64,000 nt of DNA. Origin: Acidimicrobiales bacterium. GTDB taxonomy: Bacteria > Actinomycetota > Acidimicrobiia > Acidimicrobiales > Bog-793. The notes below the pieces were generated by a model that did no database searches, was not told the origin of the DNA, and saw only the letters and a program-made list of their open reading frames with translations. The stretch's first letter is position 1; each line of letters begins with the position of its first letter. Shown here piece after piece: positions 41,249 through 49,876 of this stretch. Position numbers and translations under genes: made by a program. Location: contig JBEKLQ010000003.1 in assembly GCA_050010115.1 (NCBI GenBank), forward strand, positions 20,907-84,906, given 5' to 3'.

Positions 41249-41368
41249 TCCAGTGGCCGCGAGGCCCCTGACGATCTGCTATCTGCCTAACAATCATGGC
41301 GATCAGGATGCCGATCGGTCCACTCATCTCTGAAAATTGAGATATTTGGCAGCTAGGATGCCTTTGCA
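41249..41368. promoter_or_regulatory. Divergent bkd / lrp control region
   Basis: 120-bp locally AT-richer gap (CTCTGAAAATTGAGATATTTGGCA). AGGATGCC occurs twice, at 41305-41312 and 41355-41362. The arrangement mirrors BkdR-type Lrp regulators divergent from bkd operons. Confidence 0.35.
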
Positions 41369-41887
41369 ATGGTCAAGATGTCACCGGGGCGGATGTCGGA
41401 TGGCCCAGCGTCCAAGACGACGACGGTCGCGCTCGACGCGATCGACCGCCGGATCCTCGATCTGCTCAGCGCCGACGGGCGGGTGTCTGTCCGCGAGGTC
41501 GCCGAACAGGCTCGTATCGGGCGGGCGACCGCCTACAACCGCATCCAACGGCTGCAGGACGCCGGCGTCATCAGGGGTTTCACGGTCGTCCTCGACCCGC
41601 GCAAGACCGGCGCTGGCCTCGCCGCCTACGTGTACATCAAGATCGATCAGCACGCCTGGCGGAAGGTCGGCCAGCTCGTGGCGAAGCTCCCGGGCGTCGA
41701 GCACGTGTCACTCGTGAGCGGCGAGTGGGACCTTCTCGTCCTCGTGCGGGTGCACGACCCGAGCGACCTGCGCGACGTGATCCTCGAGCGTCTGCATGCG
41801 ATCGAGGGTGTCACGGCCACCCAGACGACGTTCGTGCTCGACGAGGTCGACGGGGTCGGTGGCTTGTTCGGGGACGCTGCCAGGTGA
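41369..41887 (+). CDS. Lrp/AsnC-family transcriptional regulator (BkdR-like by position)
   Basis: 172 aa. It has an HTH (LDAIDRRILDLLSADGRVSVREVAEQARIGRATAYNRIQRLQDAGVI) and a RAM-type C-terminal domain. Confidence 0.9.
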   Translation: MVKMSPGRMSDGPASKTTTVALDAIDRRILDLLSADGRVSVREVAEQARIGRATAYNRIQRLQDAGVIRGFTVVLDPRKTGAGLAAYVYIKIDQHAWRKVGQLVAKLPGVEHVSLVSGEWDLLVLVRVHDPSDLRDVILERLHAIEGVTATQTTFVLDEVDGVGGLFGDAAR

Positions 41888-42081
41888 GGCGCCCCGCCGT
41901 GGGCGAATCCAATCACGAGGATGAGCGCGAGGGCCTCAGCTCTCGACACAAAGGCGGCGCCCCTGACCCACCGCGGCTATGGCAGGTTGTCAGCGACACC
42001 ACCATGGGCGGTCACGGCCCTGACGGATAATCGGAACCTTCGACATCACCTCGATCCCCGCCGCCTTTCGGCATCGCTCGT

Positions 42082-42834
42082 TCATCGAAGGTGGAGTCCC
42101 CCGTCGATCGCCACGACCTCACCGGTTACCTGCCTTGCATGGACGAGGCCGACGATCACCTCGGCGACGTCCTCGGGGGTCGAGCTCGACTTGAGCGGGC
42201 TCATCGCTCGTACGTAGTTGCGCTCCAACTCCCACTCTGCGGTCCACGGTGTATCCACGAGCCCGGGCGCGACGGCGTTCACACGGATCTCCGGTCCGAG
42301 GACATTTGCGAGAAGAAGCGTCAAATGGTTGACAGCAGCTTTCGACACCGCGTAGGGGATGGACGAGCCCGCCGGCCGGAGGCCCGCCAGCGACGTGACG
42401 TTCACGATCGCCGCTGCCCCGCGAGCGCCATCGGCCGCCGCCTGCAGGTGTGGGACGGCGGCTGCCGTGACGCTCCACGTCCCGAGGACGTTGACTCCGA
42501 GGATCTTGCCCCAGACCTCCGGTGTGACCGACGCGAAATCATTGTGGGGAATCTTCACCGTCGTTCCGGCGTTGTTGACGAGGATGTCGAGCCGACCGTG
42601 AGTGTCGACGGCTTGCTCGACGAGCGCCGCCGCCGCCTCGGGCTTGGCGATGTCGGCGCGGACATAGCTGGCGTCGATGAGCTCGGTCGCCAGCGCTTCC
42701 CCCGCCTCGACCGACGTTGCCGAGTTGACGACCACAGTGGCGCCCTCAGCAGACAGTGCTCGTGCCGTGGCCGCTCCGATGCCGCTCGCCGAGCCGGTCA
42801 CGAGCGCCACCTTGCCTGAGAGCCGACCTGCCAC
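42082..42834 (-). CDS. Short-chain dehydrogenase/reductase
   Basis: 250 aa with TGSASGIGAA cofactor motif and YAVSKAA (YxxxK). Confidence 0.9.
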   Translation of the reverse strand: MAGRLSGKVALVTGSASGIGAATARALSAEGATVVVNSATSVEAGEALATELIDASYVRADIAKPEAAAALVEQAVDTHGRLDILVNNAGTTVKIPHNDFASVTPEVWGKILGVNVLGTWSVTAAAVPHLQAAADGARGAAAIVNVTSLAGLRPAGSSIPYAVSKAAVNHLTLLLANVLGPEIRVNAVAPGLVDTPWTAEWELERNYVRAMSPLKSSSTPEDVAEVIVGLVHARQVTGEVVAIDGGLHLR

Positions 42835-42946
42835 CGTGTCTCCTCCTGTATCGGTATCGTTTTCGCCAACGGTTCGTCGCCGGCGCCGCGTCTGCCAGCG
42901 GGACCGTGGCGTCTACGACAGCGTCATGCGGGACCTTTCCGTCGAC

Positions 42947-44074
42947 TCAGTCGACCTCCAACCGCACCGACTCTGTCGTCGGGTGAGACTGGCACATGAG
43001 CACGTAACCGCGCTCGGTCTCGTCCGGCTCCAGGGCGTAAGCCACGTCCATCTCCACCGCCCCAGCGACCACGCGCGCCCGGCATGTGCCACAGACGCCG
43101 CTCGTGCATGAGTACGGCGCATCGCTCCGTGCGGCGATGAGCGAGTCGAGCACGGGATCGCCGTCGTATGGCACGGCGACCGTGGTGGCCCTCCCGTTCA
43201 GCACGATCGTCACCTCGCTCACGCGTCCGCCCCAGTCCTCATGCAACGCAGACCGGGCGGCCCGTGCCGCCCGTGGCATCTCGCCGTCTACATGGAACAA
43301 CTCGGCGTGGATCCTGGCCTGCTCTACGCCGGCCTCGGCAAGGGCAGCCCGGACTTCGTTCACCATCGTGAACGGCCCGCACAGGAACCACTCGTCGACC
43401 TCTCCTGCCGGCTGCAGGTTGGAGAGCAGCCGGCGGACCCGGTCGCCGTCGATCCGCCCGGTCAGCAATTCGATCTCCTGCTCCTCACGGGAGAGGAAGA
43501 ACAGAACTTCGAAACGATCCGGATACCGATCCTTCAAGTCGCAGAGCTCCTCCAGGAACATGATGTCCCGAGTCGTCTTGTTGCCGAACCAGAGCACGGC
43601 GGTGCTCTGCGGCTCAACCTCGAGCACTGTCATGAGGATCGACAGGATCGGCGTGATCCCGCTTCCTGCCGCCACGGCCACGTACCGCCGCCGTGCCATG
43701 GGATCAAGACGCGGCGTGAACCGTCCAGCGGGCGCCATGACCTCGAGGACGTCACCGGGAGCCAGCACGTCGTTGACCCATCCGGAGACGACGCCGCCCT
43801 CGAGACGTTTGACGCCGATCCGGAGGTCGCCGCTCGGAGCACTCGCACAGATCGAGTACGTGCGCCGCAACTCGGTCCCGTCGACCAGGCGGCGCAACGT
43901 GAGGTGCTGCCCCGCCAAGAAACCCATCTGTCGCTCGCCCAGCGACGCCAGCTCCACGACGACCGAGTCGTGCGTGAGCGGCTCGACACTCGTCACGCGA
44001 ACCGGGACGAAGCGGCTCGGAGGGGTGGTCAGGGCTGTTGCGGTCCCCGTCATCTTGGGGGGATCCGGGGTCAT
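42947..44074 (-). CDS. paaE: Phenylacetyl-CoA epoxidase reductase subunit
   Basis: 375 aa. FNR-like RTYSICA, NAD-binding AAGSGITP and a C-terminal plant-type 2Fe-2S motif CTSGVCGTCRARV. Confidence 0.9.
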   Translation of the reverse strand: MTPDPPKMTGTATALTTPPSRFVPVRVTSVEPLTHDSVVVELASLGERQMGFLAGQHLTLRRLVDGTELRRTYSICASAPSGDLRIGVKRLEGGVVSGWVNDVLAPGDVLEVMAPAGRFTPRLDPMARRRYVAVAAGSGITPILSILMTVLEVEPQSTAVLWFGNKTTRDIMFLEELCDLKDRYPDRFEVLFFLSREEQEIELLTGRIDGDRVRRLLSNLQPAGEVDEWFLCGPFTMVNEVRAALAEAGVEQARIHAELFHVDGEMPRAARAARSALHEDWGGRVSEVTIVLNGRATTVAVPYDGDPVLDSLIAARSDAPYSCTSGVCGTCRARVVAGAVEMDVAYALEPDETERGYVLMCQSHPTTESVRLEVD

Positions 44075-44703
44075 AGAGGCTTGAAGTGTTCGAACGGCTC
44101 GGCGCAGCTCCGGCAGCGGCGGAGCGCCTTGCAGGCTGTCGAGGAGAAACGGCTCACGAGCTCAGTGTCGCAGGACCCACACTGCGGGCAGGCGACGGCA
44201 ACGGTGACTGGGGAGATCGACACCGAGGCGGCTGGCTGCGGCGAAGAACGCCGTGGCCCACCGTTTGCACCGACACACGCCTCGCCAGGCGGGGCAATCC
44301 CGACGTCAGTTAGCTTCTGACGGCCTTCTGCCGTGATCCAGTCCGTAGTCCACGCCGGCGCCAGCACCCGGCGCACTGCCGCGTCCCGCCACCCGGCGGC
44401 AACGAGTGCTTCGCGGACGTCGGACTCGATCGCCTCCACAGCGGGGCAGCCCGAGTAGGTAGGCGTCAGATCGACCTCTACGTGCCCGGCCTTGTCGACC
44501 CGGACCGCTCGCAGGATGCCGAGATCGGCGATCGTCAGGCTCGGGATCTCCGGATCCGGGACCGAGCCGGCGATGGCGGCGACGGCCTCGAGCGTGGGCA
44601 CCGCTGGCACCGCCGGCACCGCTGGCACCGCTGGCACCGCTGGCACCGCTGGCACCGTGGGCAGCGTGGGCGTCGTGGGCGTTGTGGGCGTCGTGCCGGT
44701 CAC
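44071..44703 (-). CDS. paaD: Phenylacetyl-CoA epoxidase subunit PaaD (DUF59 + zinc ribbon) with Pro/Thr/Ala/Val repeat N-terminus
   Basis: Contains VPDPEIPSLTIADLGILRAV...TPTYSGCPA...CPQCGS...CRSC. I place the start at GTG 44703 (GTGA overlap with the paaC stop). Six further in-frame GTGs inside the repeat are alternatives. Confidence 0.85.
   Translation of the reverse strand: MTGTTPTTPTTPTLPTVPAVPAVPAVPAVPAVPAVPTLEAVAAIAGSVPDPEIPSLTIADLGILRAVRVDKAGHVEVDLTPTYSGCPAVEAIESDVREALVAAGWRDAAVRRVLAPAWTTDWITAEGRQKLTDVGIAPPGEACVGANGGPRRSSPQPAASVSISPVTVAVACPQCGSCDTELVSRFSSTACKALRRCRSCAEPFEHFKPL
44596..44694. repeat. 9-bp tandem repeat x11 (core TGGCACCGC) inside the paaD 5' end
   Basis: Read directly. 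On the minus strand it encodes TTPTTPTTPTLPTVP(AVP)6TLE. Confidence 0.95.
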
Positions 44704-45623
44704 CACGTCACCCCCGGATACGACCGGTGCAGGTGTTGCATCTCGGCGAGGAGGTAGCCGAAGCCCTCGGTATGCAGCCCCCGCCGCCCGCCCCCAGGCG
44801 ACCAAGTCGTGGACGGGACCTCCAACGTCGCCTCGGTGAGCACCGACTGCACGTAGCCCAGCCACGGCCTGTACAGCGAGGCGGGATCAGCAATGATCCG
44901 GGCGTCCAGCAGGCCGACGGGCCCGCTGTCGTCGGATCGGCCGGCGGAGCGGCCGGTGTCCGAATCCTGTCTGGGTGCACAGGTTGTTGTGAACAGCTCG
45001 TTTACGACACTTCCTGCACCCAGACTGTGCCGAGTTCCGTCCGAATCGTCCGAATCGAGCGGTTCGAGCGGTTCGAGCGGTTCGAGCGGTTCGAACAGCT
45101 CGCCGGCGAACGGCCACACGACCTCTAGGCCGGCTGCCATCCGGGCATGGCTCTCCTCGGTGCCGTCGCCAAGGCGCAGGACCCAGCTGGCTGCATGCTC
45201 GCGGTGGTACGCGACCTCCTTGACGGCCTTGGCGGCAATGGCTGTGATCTGCTCGTCGGCCGACGACGACAGGGCCGAGTACAGCTGGTATTGGTAGGCA
45301 GAGAACAGCAGCTGCCGGGCCATCGTGGTGCCGAAGTCACCGTTCGCGAGCTCGACGATCTGCACGTTGAGAAAGTCACGCTCGTCGCGCCCGAACGCGA
45401 GATCGTCCTCGGTGCGGCCGGCGCCTTCCAGTTCGCCCGCGTGGGACAAGAACGACCGCGCCTGGCCGATCAGGTCGAGGGCGATGTTCATGAGGGCGAT
45501 GTCCTCTTCGATGGCCGGAGCGCCAGCCGCCCACTCGCACAGCCGCTGCGCCAGCACGAGCGCGTCGTCGCCCAGCCCGAGGCAGTACCGGGCGACGGCG
45601 GGACGGAGCGCCGTCTCGCTCAC
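44700..45623 (-). CDS. paaC: Phenylacetyl-CoA epoxidase subunit PaaC with a ~55-aa repeat-containing insertion
   Basis: 307 aa. Contains YCLGLGDDALVLAQRLCEW...EEDIALMNIALDLIGQAR... The insertion begins with (EPL)4 DSDDSD. Confidence 0.88.
   Translation of the reverse strand: MSETALRPAVARYCLGLGDDALVLAQRLCEWAAGAPAIEEDIALMNIALDLIGQARSFLSHAGELEGAGRTEDDLAFGRDERDFLNVQIVELANGDFGTTMARQLLFSAYQYQLYSALSSSADEQITAIAAKAVKEVAYHREHAASWVLRLGDGTEESHARMAAGLEVVWPFAGELFEPLEPLEPLEPLDSDDSDGTRHSLGAGSVVNELFTTTCAPRQDSDTGRSAGRSDDSGPVGLLDARIIADPASLYRPWLGYVQSVLTEATLEVPSTTWSPGGGRRGLHTEGFGYLLAEMQHLHRSYPGVTW
45039..45092. repeat. Two adjacent 9-bp tandem repeats (GTCCGAATC x2, GAGCGGTTC x4) inside paaC
   Basis: Read directly. 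On the minus strand they encode EPLEPLEPLEPLDSDDSD. Confidence 0.95.
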
Positions 45624-46033
45624 AGGTGCTCGACCCCGTCGGGGATCTCGTAGAACGTCGGGTGCCGGTAGACCTTGTCGCCCGCCGGGTCGAAGAACGA
45701 GTTCTTCTGGTCGGCCGTCGACGCCGTGATGTCCGTCGACCGCACGACCCAGATGCTCACACCCTCCTGTCGGCGGGTGTACAAGTCACGGGCGTTCTGC
45801 AGCGCCAGCTTGGCATCGGGCGCGTGCAGGCTGCCCGAGTGCGTGTGCGACAGCCCTCGGCGCGGCCGGACGAAGACCTCCCACAGCGGCCACTCGTGGA
45901 GCGGAACCTCCGGGAGCGGAACTTCCGGGAGCGGGACCTGCGGGAGCGGGACCTGCGGGAGCGGGGCATCACGCAGCCCTGCCTCGCGACCCACCCCTTC
46001 CGCCCCACCGTCAGACTCAGGCGGCGCCGGCAC
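45620..46033 (-). CDS. paaB: Phenylacetyl-CoA epoxidase subunit PaaB with repeat-extended N-terminus
   Basis: The conserved core is [26 protein letters not shown]...[16 protein letters not shown]. The start is GTG 46033 or GTG 45994 (preceded by GGAAGGG). No canonical start lies downstream of the repeat. Confidence 0.88.
   Translation of the reverse strand: MPAPPESDGGAEGVGREAGLRDAPLPQVPLPQVPLPEVPLPEVPLHEWPLWEVFVRPRRGLSHTHSGSLHAPDAKLALQNARDLYTRRQEGVSIWVVRSTDITASTADQKNSFFDPAGDKVYRHPTFYEIPDGVEHL
45884..45973. repeat. 15-bp tandem repeat (4 good copies GAGCGG[A/G]AC[C/T]T[C/G]CGG at 45899-45958, plus degenerate flanking copies) inside the paaB 5' end
   Basis: Read directly. It encodes [30 protein letters not shown] and runs into the conserved WPLWEV motif. 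Confidence 0.9.
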
Positions 46034-46991
46034 GGTCCGCCTCCTTCGAGTTCAAGCTCCTGTCGTGCTTCGCCGCATAGGCGTTGGCGGCATCCCGCAC
46101 CCACCGGCCCTCCCGGTTCGCCGCCACGCGCTTGGCGAGGCGTTGCCGGTTGCACGGCCCGTCGCCGGCGAGCACCCGCTTGAACTCGGACCAGTCGATC
46201 TCGCCGTATTCGTAGTGTCCCCGCTCCTCGTTCCACCTCAAGTCGGGGTCGGGCAACTCGAGCCCGAGCGCTTCCGACTGCGGGACGCAGATGTCGACAA
46301 AGCGCTGCCGCAACTCGTCGTTCGAGACACGCTTGATCCCCCACGCCATCGACTGCCCCGAGTGGGGAGAGTCACTGTCCGGCGGCCCGAACATCATCAG
46401 TGAGGGCCACCACCAACGGTTCACCGCATCCTGGGCCATGGCCCGCTGGACATCGGTGCCACGAGTCAGCGTCAGCAACAGCTCAAAACCCTGCCGCTGA
46501 TGGAAGCTCTCCTCCTTGCAGATCCGCACCATGGCGCGGGCATACGGGCCATAGGAGCAACGGGTGAGCGGGATCTGGTTCATGATCGCCGCCCCGTCAA
46601 CGAGCCAGCCGATCGCCCCGACGTCGGCCCACGTGAGCGTCGGGTAGTTGAAGATCGACGAGTACCGCTGGCGACCGGCGTGTAACAGATCCAACAAGTC
46701 GTCCTTCGACACGCCGAGCGTCTCGGCAGCACCGTACAGGTACAGCCCGTGGCCCGCCTCGTCCTGCACCTTGGCGATCAGGATTGCCTTCCGCAGAAGC
46801 GACGGCGCCCTCGTCAACCAGTTCCCCTCGGGCTGCATGCCGATGATCTCGGAATGGGCGTGCTGGGCGATCTGGCGCACGAGCGTGGCCCGGTAGGCCT
46901 CAGGCATCCAGTCACGGGGCTCGATGCGTTGGTCCGCCGCGATGAGGGCATCGAACTCGGCATCCAAGTCAGGGCTGACCTGCGCAGTCAC
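46017..46991 (-). CDS. paaA: Phenylacetyl-CoA epoxidase catalytic subunit
   Basis: I prefer GTG 46991 (codon 51 of the track ORF) because GAAGGAGGAGG lies just upstream. The product has ferritin-like di-iron motifs ...[10 protein letters not shown]... and EESFHQRQG. Confidence 0.9.
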   Translation of the reverse strand: MTAQVSPDLDAEFDALIAADQRIEPRDWMPEAYRATLVRQIAQHAHSEIIGMQPEGNWLTRAPSLLRKAILIAKVQDEAGHGLYLYGAAETLGVSKDDLLDLLHAGRQRYSSIFNYPTLTWADVGAIGWLVDGAAIMNQIPLTRCSYGPYARAMVRICKEESFHQRQGFELLLTLTRGTDVQRAMAQDAVNRWWWPSLMMFGPPDSDSPHSGQSMAWGIKRVSNDELRQRFVDICVPQSEALGLELPDPDLRWNEERGHYEYGEIDWSEFKRVLAGDGPCNRQRLAKRVAANREGRWVRDAANAYAAKHDRSLNSKEADRAGAA

Positions 46992-47028
46992 GAGCCTCCT
47001 CCTTCGAGAGCCGGGAGATGTCCCGCAC

Positions 47029-47082
47029 CCGCCCGACCGACCGACCGACCGCCCGACCGACCTACCGACCGACCGCCCGACC
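47029..47082. repeat. Imperfect (GACC)n / (GGTC)n microsatellite, about 12 units with 12-bp super-periodicity, 40-90 nt upstream of paaA GTG 46991
   Basis: Read directly: CCCGCCCGACCGACCGACCGACCGCCCGACCGACCTACCGACCGACCGCCCGACC. In the extended track ORF it would read (VGRS)4. Confidence 0.9.
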
Positions 47083-47266
47083 ATTCGGTCGGCAAATCTA
47101 CCACCGAGGACCCCGACCAGCGCCGGCCCATCGCTCGTCACTTTGGTCTCGCAGGGCTGGCCAAGCCAGTTGTGGCGATCGCCACCTCGACAGCGACTGC
47201 GAGCAGGCTGGCGAGGTCGTAACAGGCCCGTCCTGCCGGCCGTCCGCCGGCCTTGGCGACGGCCGT

Positions 47267-48070
47267 TCAGTGGCCTATGAAGTCGGGGCGGCGTTTCTCC
47301 AGGAATGCACCGACGGCCGCCCTGTGGTCGTCGGTGAAGGCGAGGCGAGCCTGCAACTCACCCTCGAGCCGGAGGACCGAGTCGAGGTCGGCGGCGGCGC
47401 CCTGCCAGAACGCCTCCTTCAACGCTGCGTAGGCTTTGGTCGGCCCGGCCGCGAGCCGCTCCGCCAGCCCGGTCACGTGCGAGCCGAGCTCCTCGGGGGC
47501 GACCACCTCGTGCACGAGCCCGATCCGCAGCGCCTCGTCGGCGTCGATGACCGTCCCGAGCATCAACAGCCCCATCGCCCGCGACCACCCGACCGTCCTG
47601 GCCAACGTCGCCGACAAACCGGAGTCCGCCGTCAAGCCGATCCCCAGGAACGCCGGTGCGAATCGCACGCCCGAGGACACCACCCGCAGATCACACGCCA
47701 GAGCGAAACCCAACCCCGCACCCGCACACGTCCCATTGATCGCAGCGATGGCCGGCTTCGGCATCGTCGCCAGCGTGCGGACGATCGGGCTGTAGTGATC
47801 CTCGACCGTGTCGAAGGCGTGGTTCAGATCCCCCTCGAGGGCAGTCGCGTGCTCCCCGAGATCCTGACCTGCGCAGAACGCCCGGCCTTCGCCGGTGAGG
47901 ACCACGGCTCGGACCGAGTCGTCCGCCGCGACCGCTTGGAGCGCCTCGAGGAGCGCGACCTTCGCGGCCACCGTCAGCGAGTTCATCTGATCCGGACGGG
48001 ACAGCATGACCGTCGCCACACCGCCGGCCTGCGCGAGACGTACCGGGCCGGCGTCATCCGAAGAGGACAT
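47267..48070 (-). CDS. Enoyl-CoA hydratase/isomerase (crotonase family, PaaG/PaaF-like by context)
   Basis: 267 aa. Contains [15 protein letters not shown] and [16 protein letters not shown]. Confidence 0.88.
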   Translation of the reverse strand: MSSSDDAGPVRLAQAGGVATVMLSRPDQMNSLTVAAKVALLEALQAVAADDSVRAVVLTGEGRAFCAGQDLGEHATALEGDLNHAFDTVEDHYSPIVRTLATMPKPAIAAINGTCAGAGLGFALACDLRVVSSGVRFAPAFLGIGLTADSGLSATLARTVGWSRAMGLLMLGTVIDADEALRIGLVHEVVAPEELGSHVTGLAERLAAGPTKAYAALKEAFWQGAAADLDSVLRLEGELQARLAFTDDHRAAVGAFLEKRRPDFIGH

Positions 48071-48315
48071 GGGCGGATTCTTACAGACCGAACGGCCGGT
48101 CGGGTCAGACCAAGCCGCCTCCGCAGGCGGGTGCGAGCGCCTTGACGGCTCAACCCGGCCCGTCAGCCCGACCGCATCCGCCCGGCGTCCCAGCGCCTTG
48201 ACGGCTGGTGCTGACTACGGCGAGGTGTGCTGGGACGCCGTGGTGGCCCAGGACGGCAAGCCGGTCGCCACCTAGGACATCCTGACGTTGGTGGCCAAGC
48301 GGCCCGCCGGCTGAG

Positions 48316-49788
48316 CTACTGCCAGACGACGACCGGCAGTTCGACCTGGACGTTCCCCGACTCGGAGTAGGTGCCGGAGGCGGCGCAGGCACCAGCCGCC
48401 GGACACGCGATCGACCCCAGGTCCTCGAAGGGGTTTGCGTTCGCCTTCGGGGGAACGGGAGCAGACGTGTAGGACCACGTCGAGCCGCTGAGCACGCCGA
48501 GGTAGCCCAACTGGCCGTACCTCGTCTCATAGCGCCCGGCGGTGACGCAGCTGGTCGAAGTTGAGCACGACACAACGGTCACGAGCGCTCCCGAGCCCTG
48601 CGTACCAGGCAGGATCGTGGCGGACCACCGACCGGACTGCTCGACGAGCCCCAGTGCCTCTGTCTTGCCGCTCGAGTCGGTGTACTGCCCGACGGCGAGG
48701 CACGAGCCCGCTCCCACACAGCTCATGGCGAACATCACCGGCGACGGGCTGGCACTCGACGATCCCGGGCTCGGCATCTGGATCGTCGTCCATCGACCGT
48801 TTGCGCTCCCGTCGATGACCCCGAACCGGTCGCCTGTCGAGCTCTCATACCCACCGACCACCTCGCAACCGGTGGTAGCGCCGCAGGAAACGGCTTCCAT
48901 CGTCACCAGAGGGTTGGAGGCAGCATTCGCCGGAAGCGGTGCGCTCCGAGCGGCCTCGACGCCGGCATAGTCGGCGACGAGTAAGCCCTCCCGAGCTCCG
49001 GCGGCCGACTCGTAGTAGCCGGCGGCGACGCACGACGTCGGCTGGAAGCAGCCAACGCCCGTCAGCCAGGCCCCCTGGTTCGACGTCACCCCGCCGGGTG
49101 TGGGCGCCTCGGATGCCACAAAGCCGCCCTTCTCCTCCGTCACGATGAGGCCCTCGTGCAGGCCGGCCGTGGTCGTGTAGCTGCCGACGATCACACAGGC
49201 TCCCGTGGCTCCGCAGACGACCGAGGTGATCTGCGGCCACGAGGACCGGCTGGTGTTCGCCGGCATCGGCATGGTGAGCGCCGACCATGAGCCCTCGACC
49301 TCTTTGAGGATGTCGGCCTCCACGGAAGTGGCGCCGACGTAGAGGCTCGTCCCGACGCAGTCACCAATCCCGGGGCACGCCAGGCCGTAGGGACCGAGGT
49401 TCGCCGCCTGGCTGCCTCCCGTCGGGAGCGGCGATTTCGCGGTAGTCCACACGCCAGCCGACTCGGTCTCGATGGCGTCCTCGTTGAGCCCGGTCGACGT
49501 GGTGTACTCGCCGAGGATGACGCAGTGGCCAGTCGCCGCGCAGGCGACCGGCCCGGCAAAACCTGCCCCGTTCGACTTCGCCCCCGCCGGCAACGGGAGC
49601 TTCAGAGCCTGCCACCCGGTCGTCGCTCGCGCGCCGAGCAGGCGCCCCTCCCCCGCCAGCCCCCCGTGATCCTGCCGGGCAGCGACCGCGAACGCCGGCA
49701 AGGCGCCCACGCAGAGCAACACGAGGGCCCAGCGAGAGATCTTGCCGATAACGAGCCTCGAACCTGCGACGACCATCCCCGTCAACAT
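48316..49788 (-). CDS. Secreted repeat protein: 8 tandem ~50-55-aa units each carrying a CX5C pair (unrecognised family)
   Basis: I start it at ATG 49788 (codon 80 of the track ORF; the longer form would overlap the divergent gene). Signal/TM segment ISRWALVLLCVGALPAFAVAA. Repeats follow the pattern W..a..P.P....(n)..v.C.....C...G.Y.....g..e.... Confidence 0.7.
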   Translation of the reverse strand: MLTGMVVAGSRLVIGKISRWALVLLCVGALPAFAVAARQDHGGLAGEGRLLGARATTGWQALKLPLPAGAKSNGAGFAGPVACAATGHCVILGEYTTSTGLNEDAIETESAGVWTTAKSPLPTGGSQAANLGPYGLACPGIGDCVGTSLYVGATSVEADILKEVEGSWSALTMPMPANTSRSSWPQITSVVCGATGACVIVGSYTTTAGLHEGLIVTEEKGGFVASEAPTPGGVTSNQGAWLTGVGCFQPTSCVAAGYYESAAGAREGLLVADYAGVEAARSAPLPANAASNPLVTMEAVSCGATTGCEVVGGYESSTGDRFGVIDGSANGRWTTIQMPSPGSSSASPSPVMFAMSCVGAGSCLAVGQYTDSSGKTEALGLVEQSGRWSATILPGTQGSGALVTVVSCSTSTSCVTAGRYETRYGQLGYLGVLSGSTWSYTSAPVPPKANANPFEDLGSIACPAAGACAASGTYSESGNVQVELPVVVWQ

Positions 49789-49876
49789 ACGCCGCCCGGG
49801 GCCCGGAGACGGGACAGGGAAGTCGGGCTGGCCACCACGACCAGGACGAGGAACAACATGAGTACGCTCCCGGAAC

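Noticed and set aside
41160-41369. 69-aa minus-strand ORF reaching into the bkd/lrp intergenic region
   Set aside because: It overlaps the E1alpha N-terminus in another frame and has atypical composition. The region is better explained as promoter/operator DNA.
45057-45095. GGTTCGA strings resembling tRNA T-arm sequence
   Set aside because: They are the 9-bp paaC tandem repeat (GAGCGGTTC x4). No acceptor or anticodon stems can be drawn. I found no convincing tRNA elsewhere in the window.
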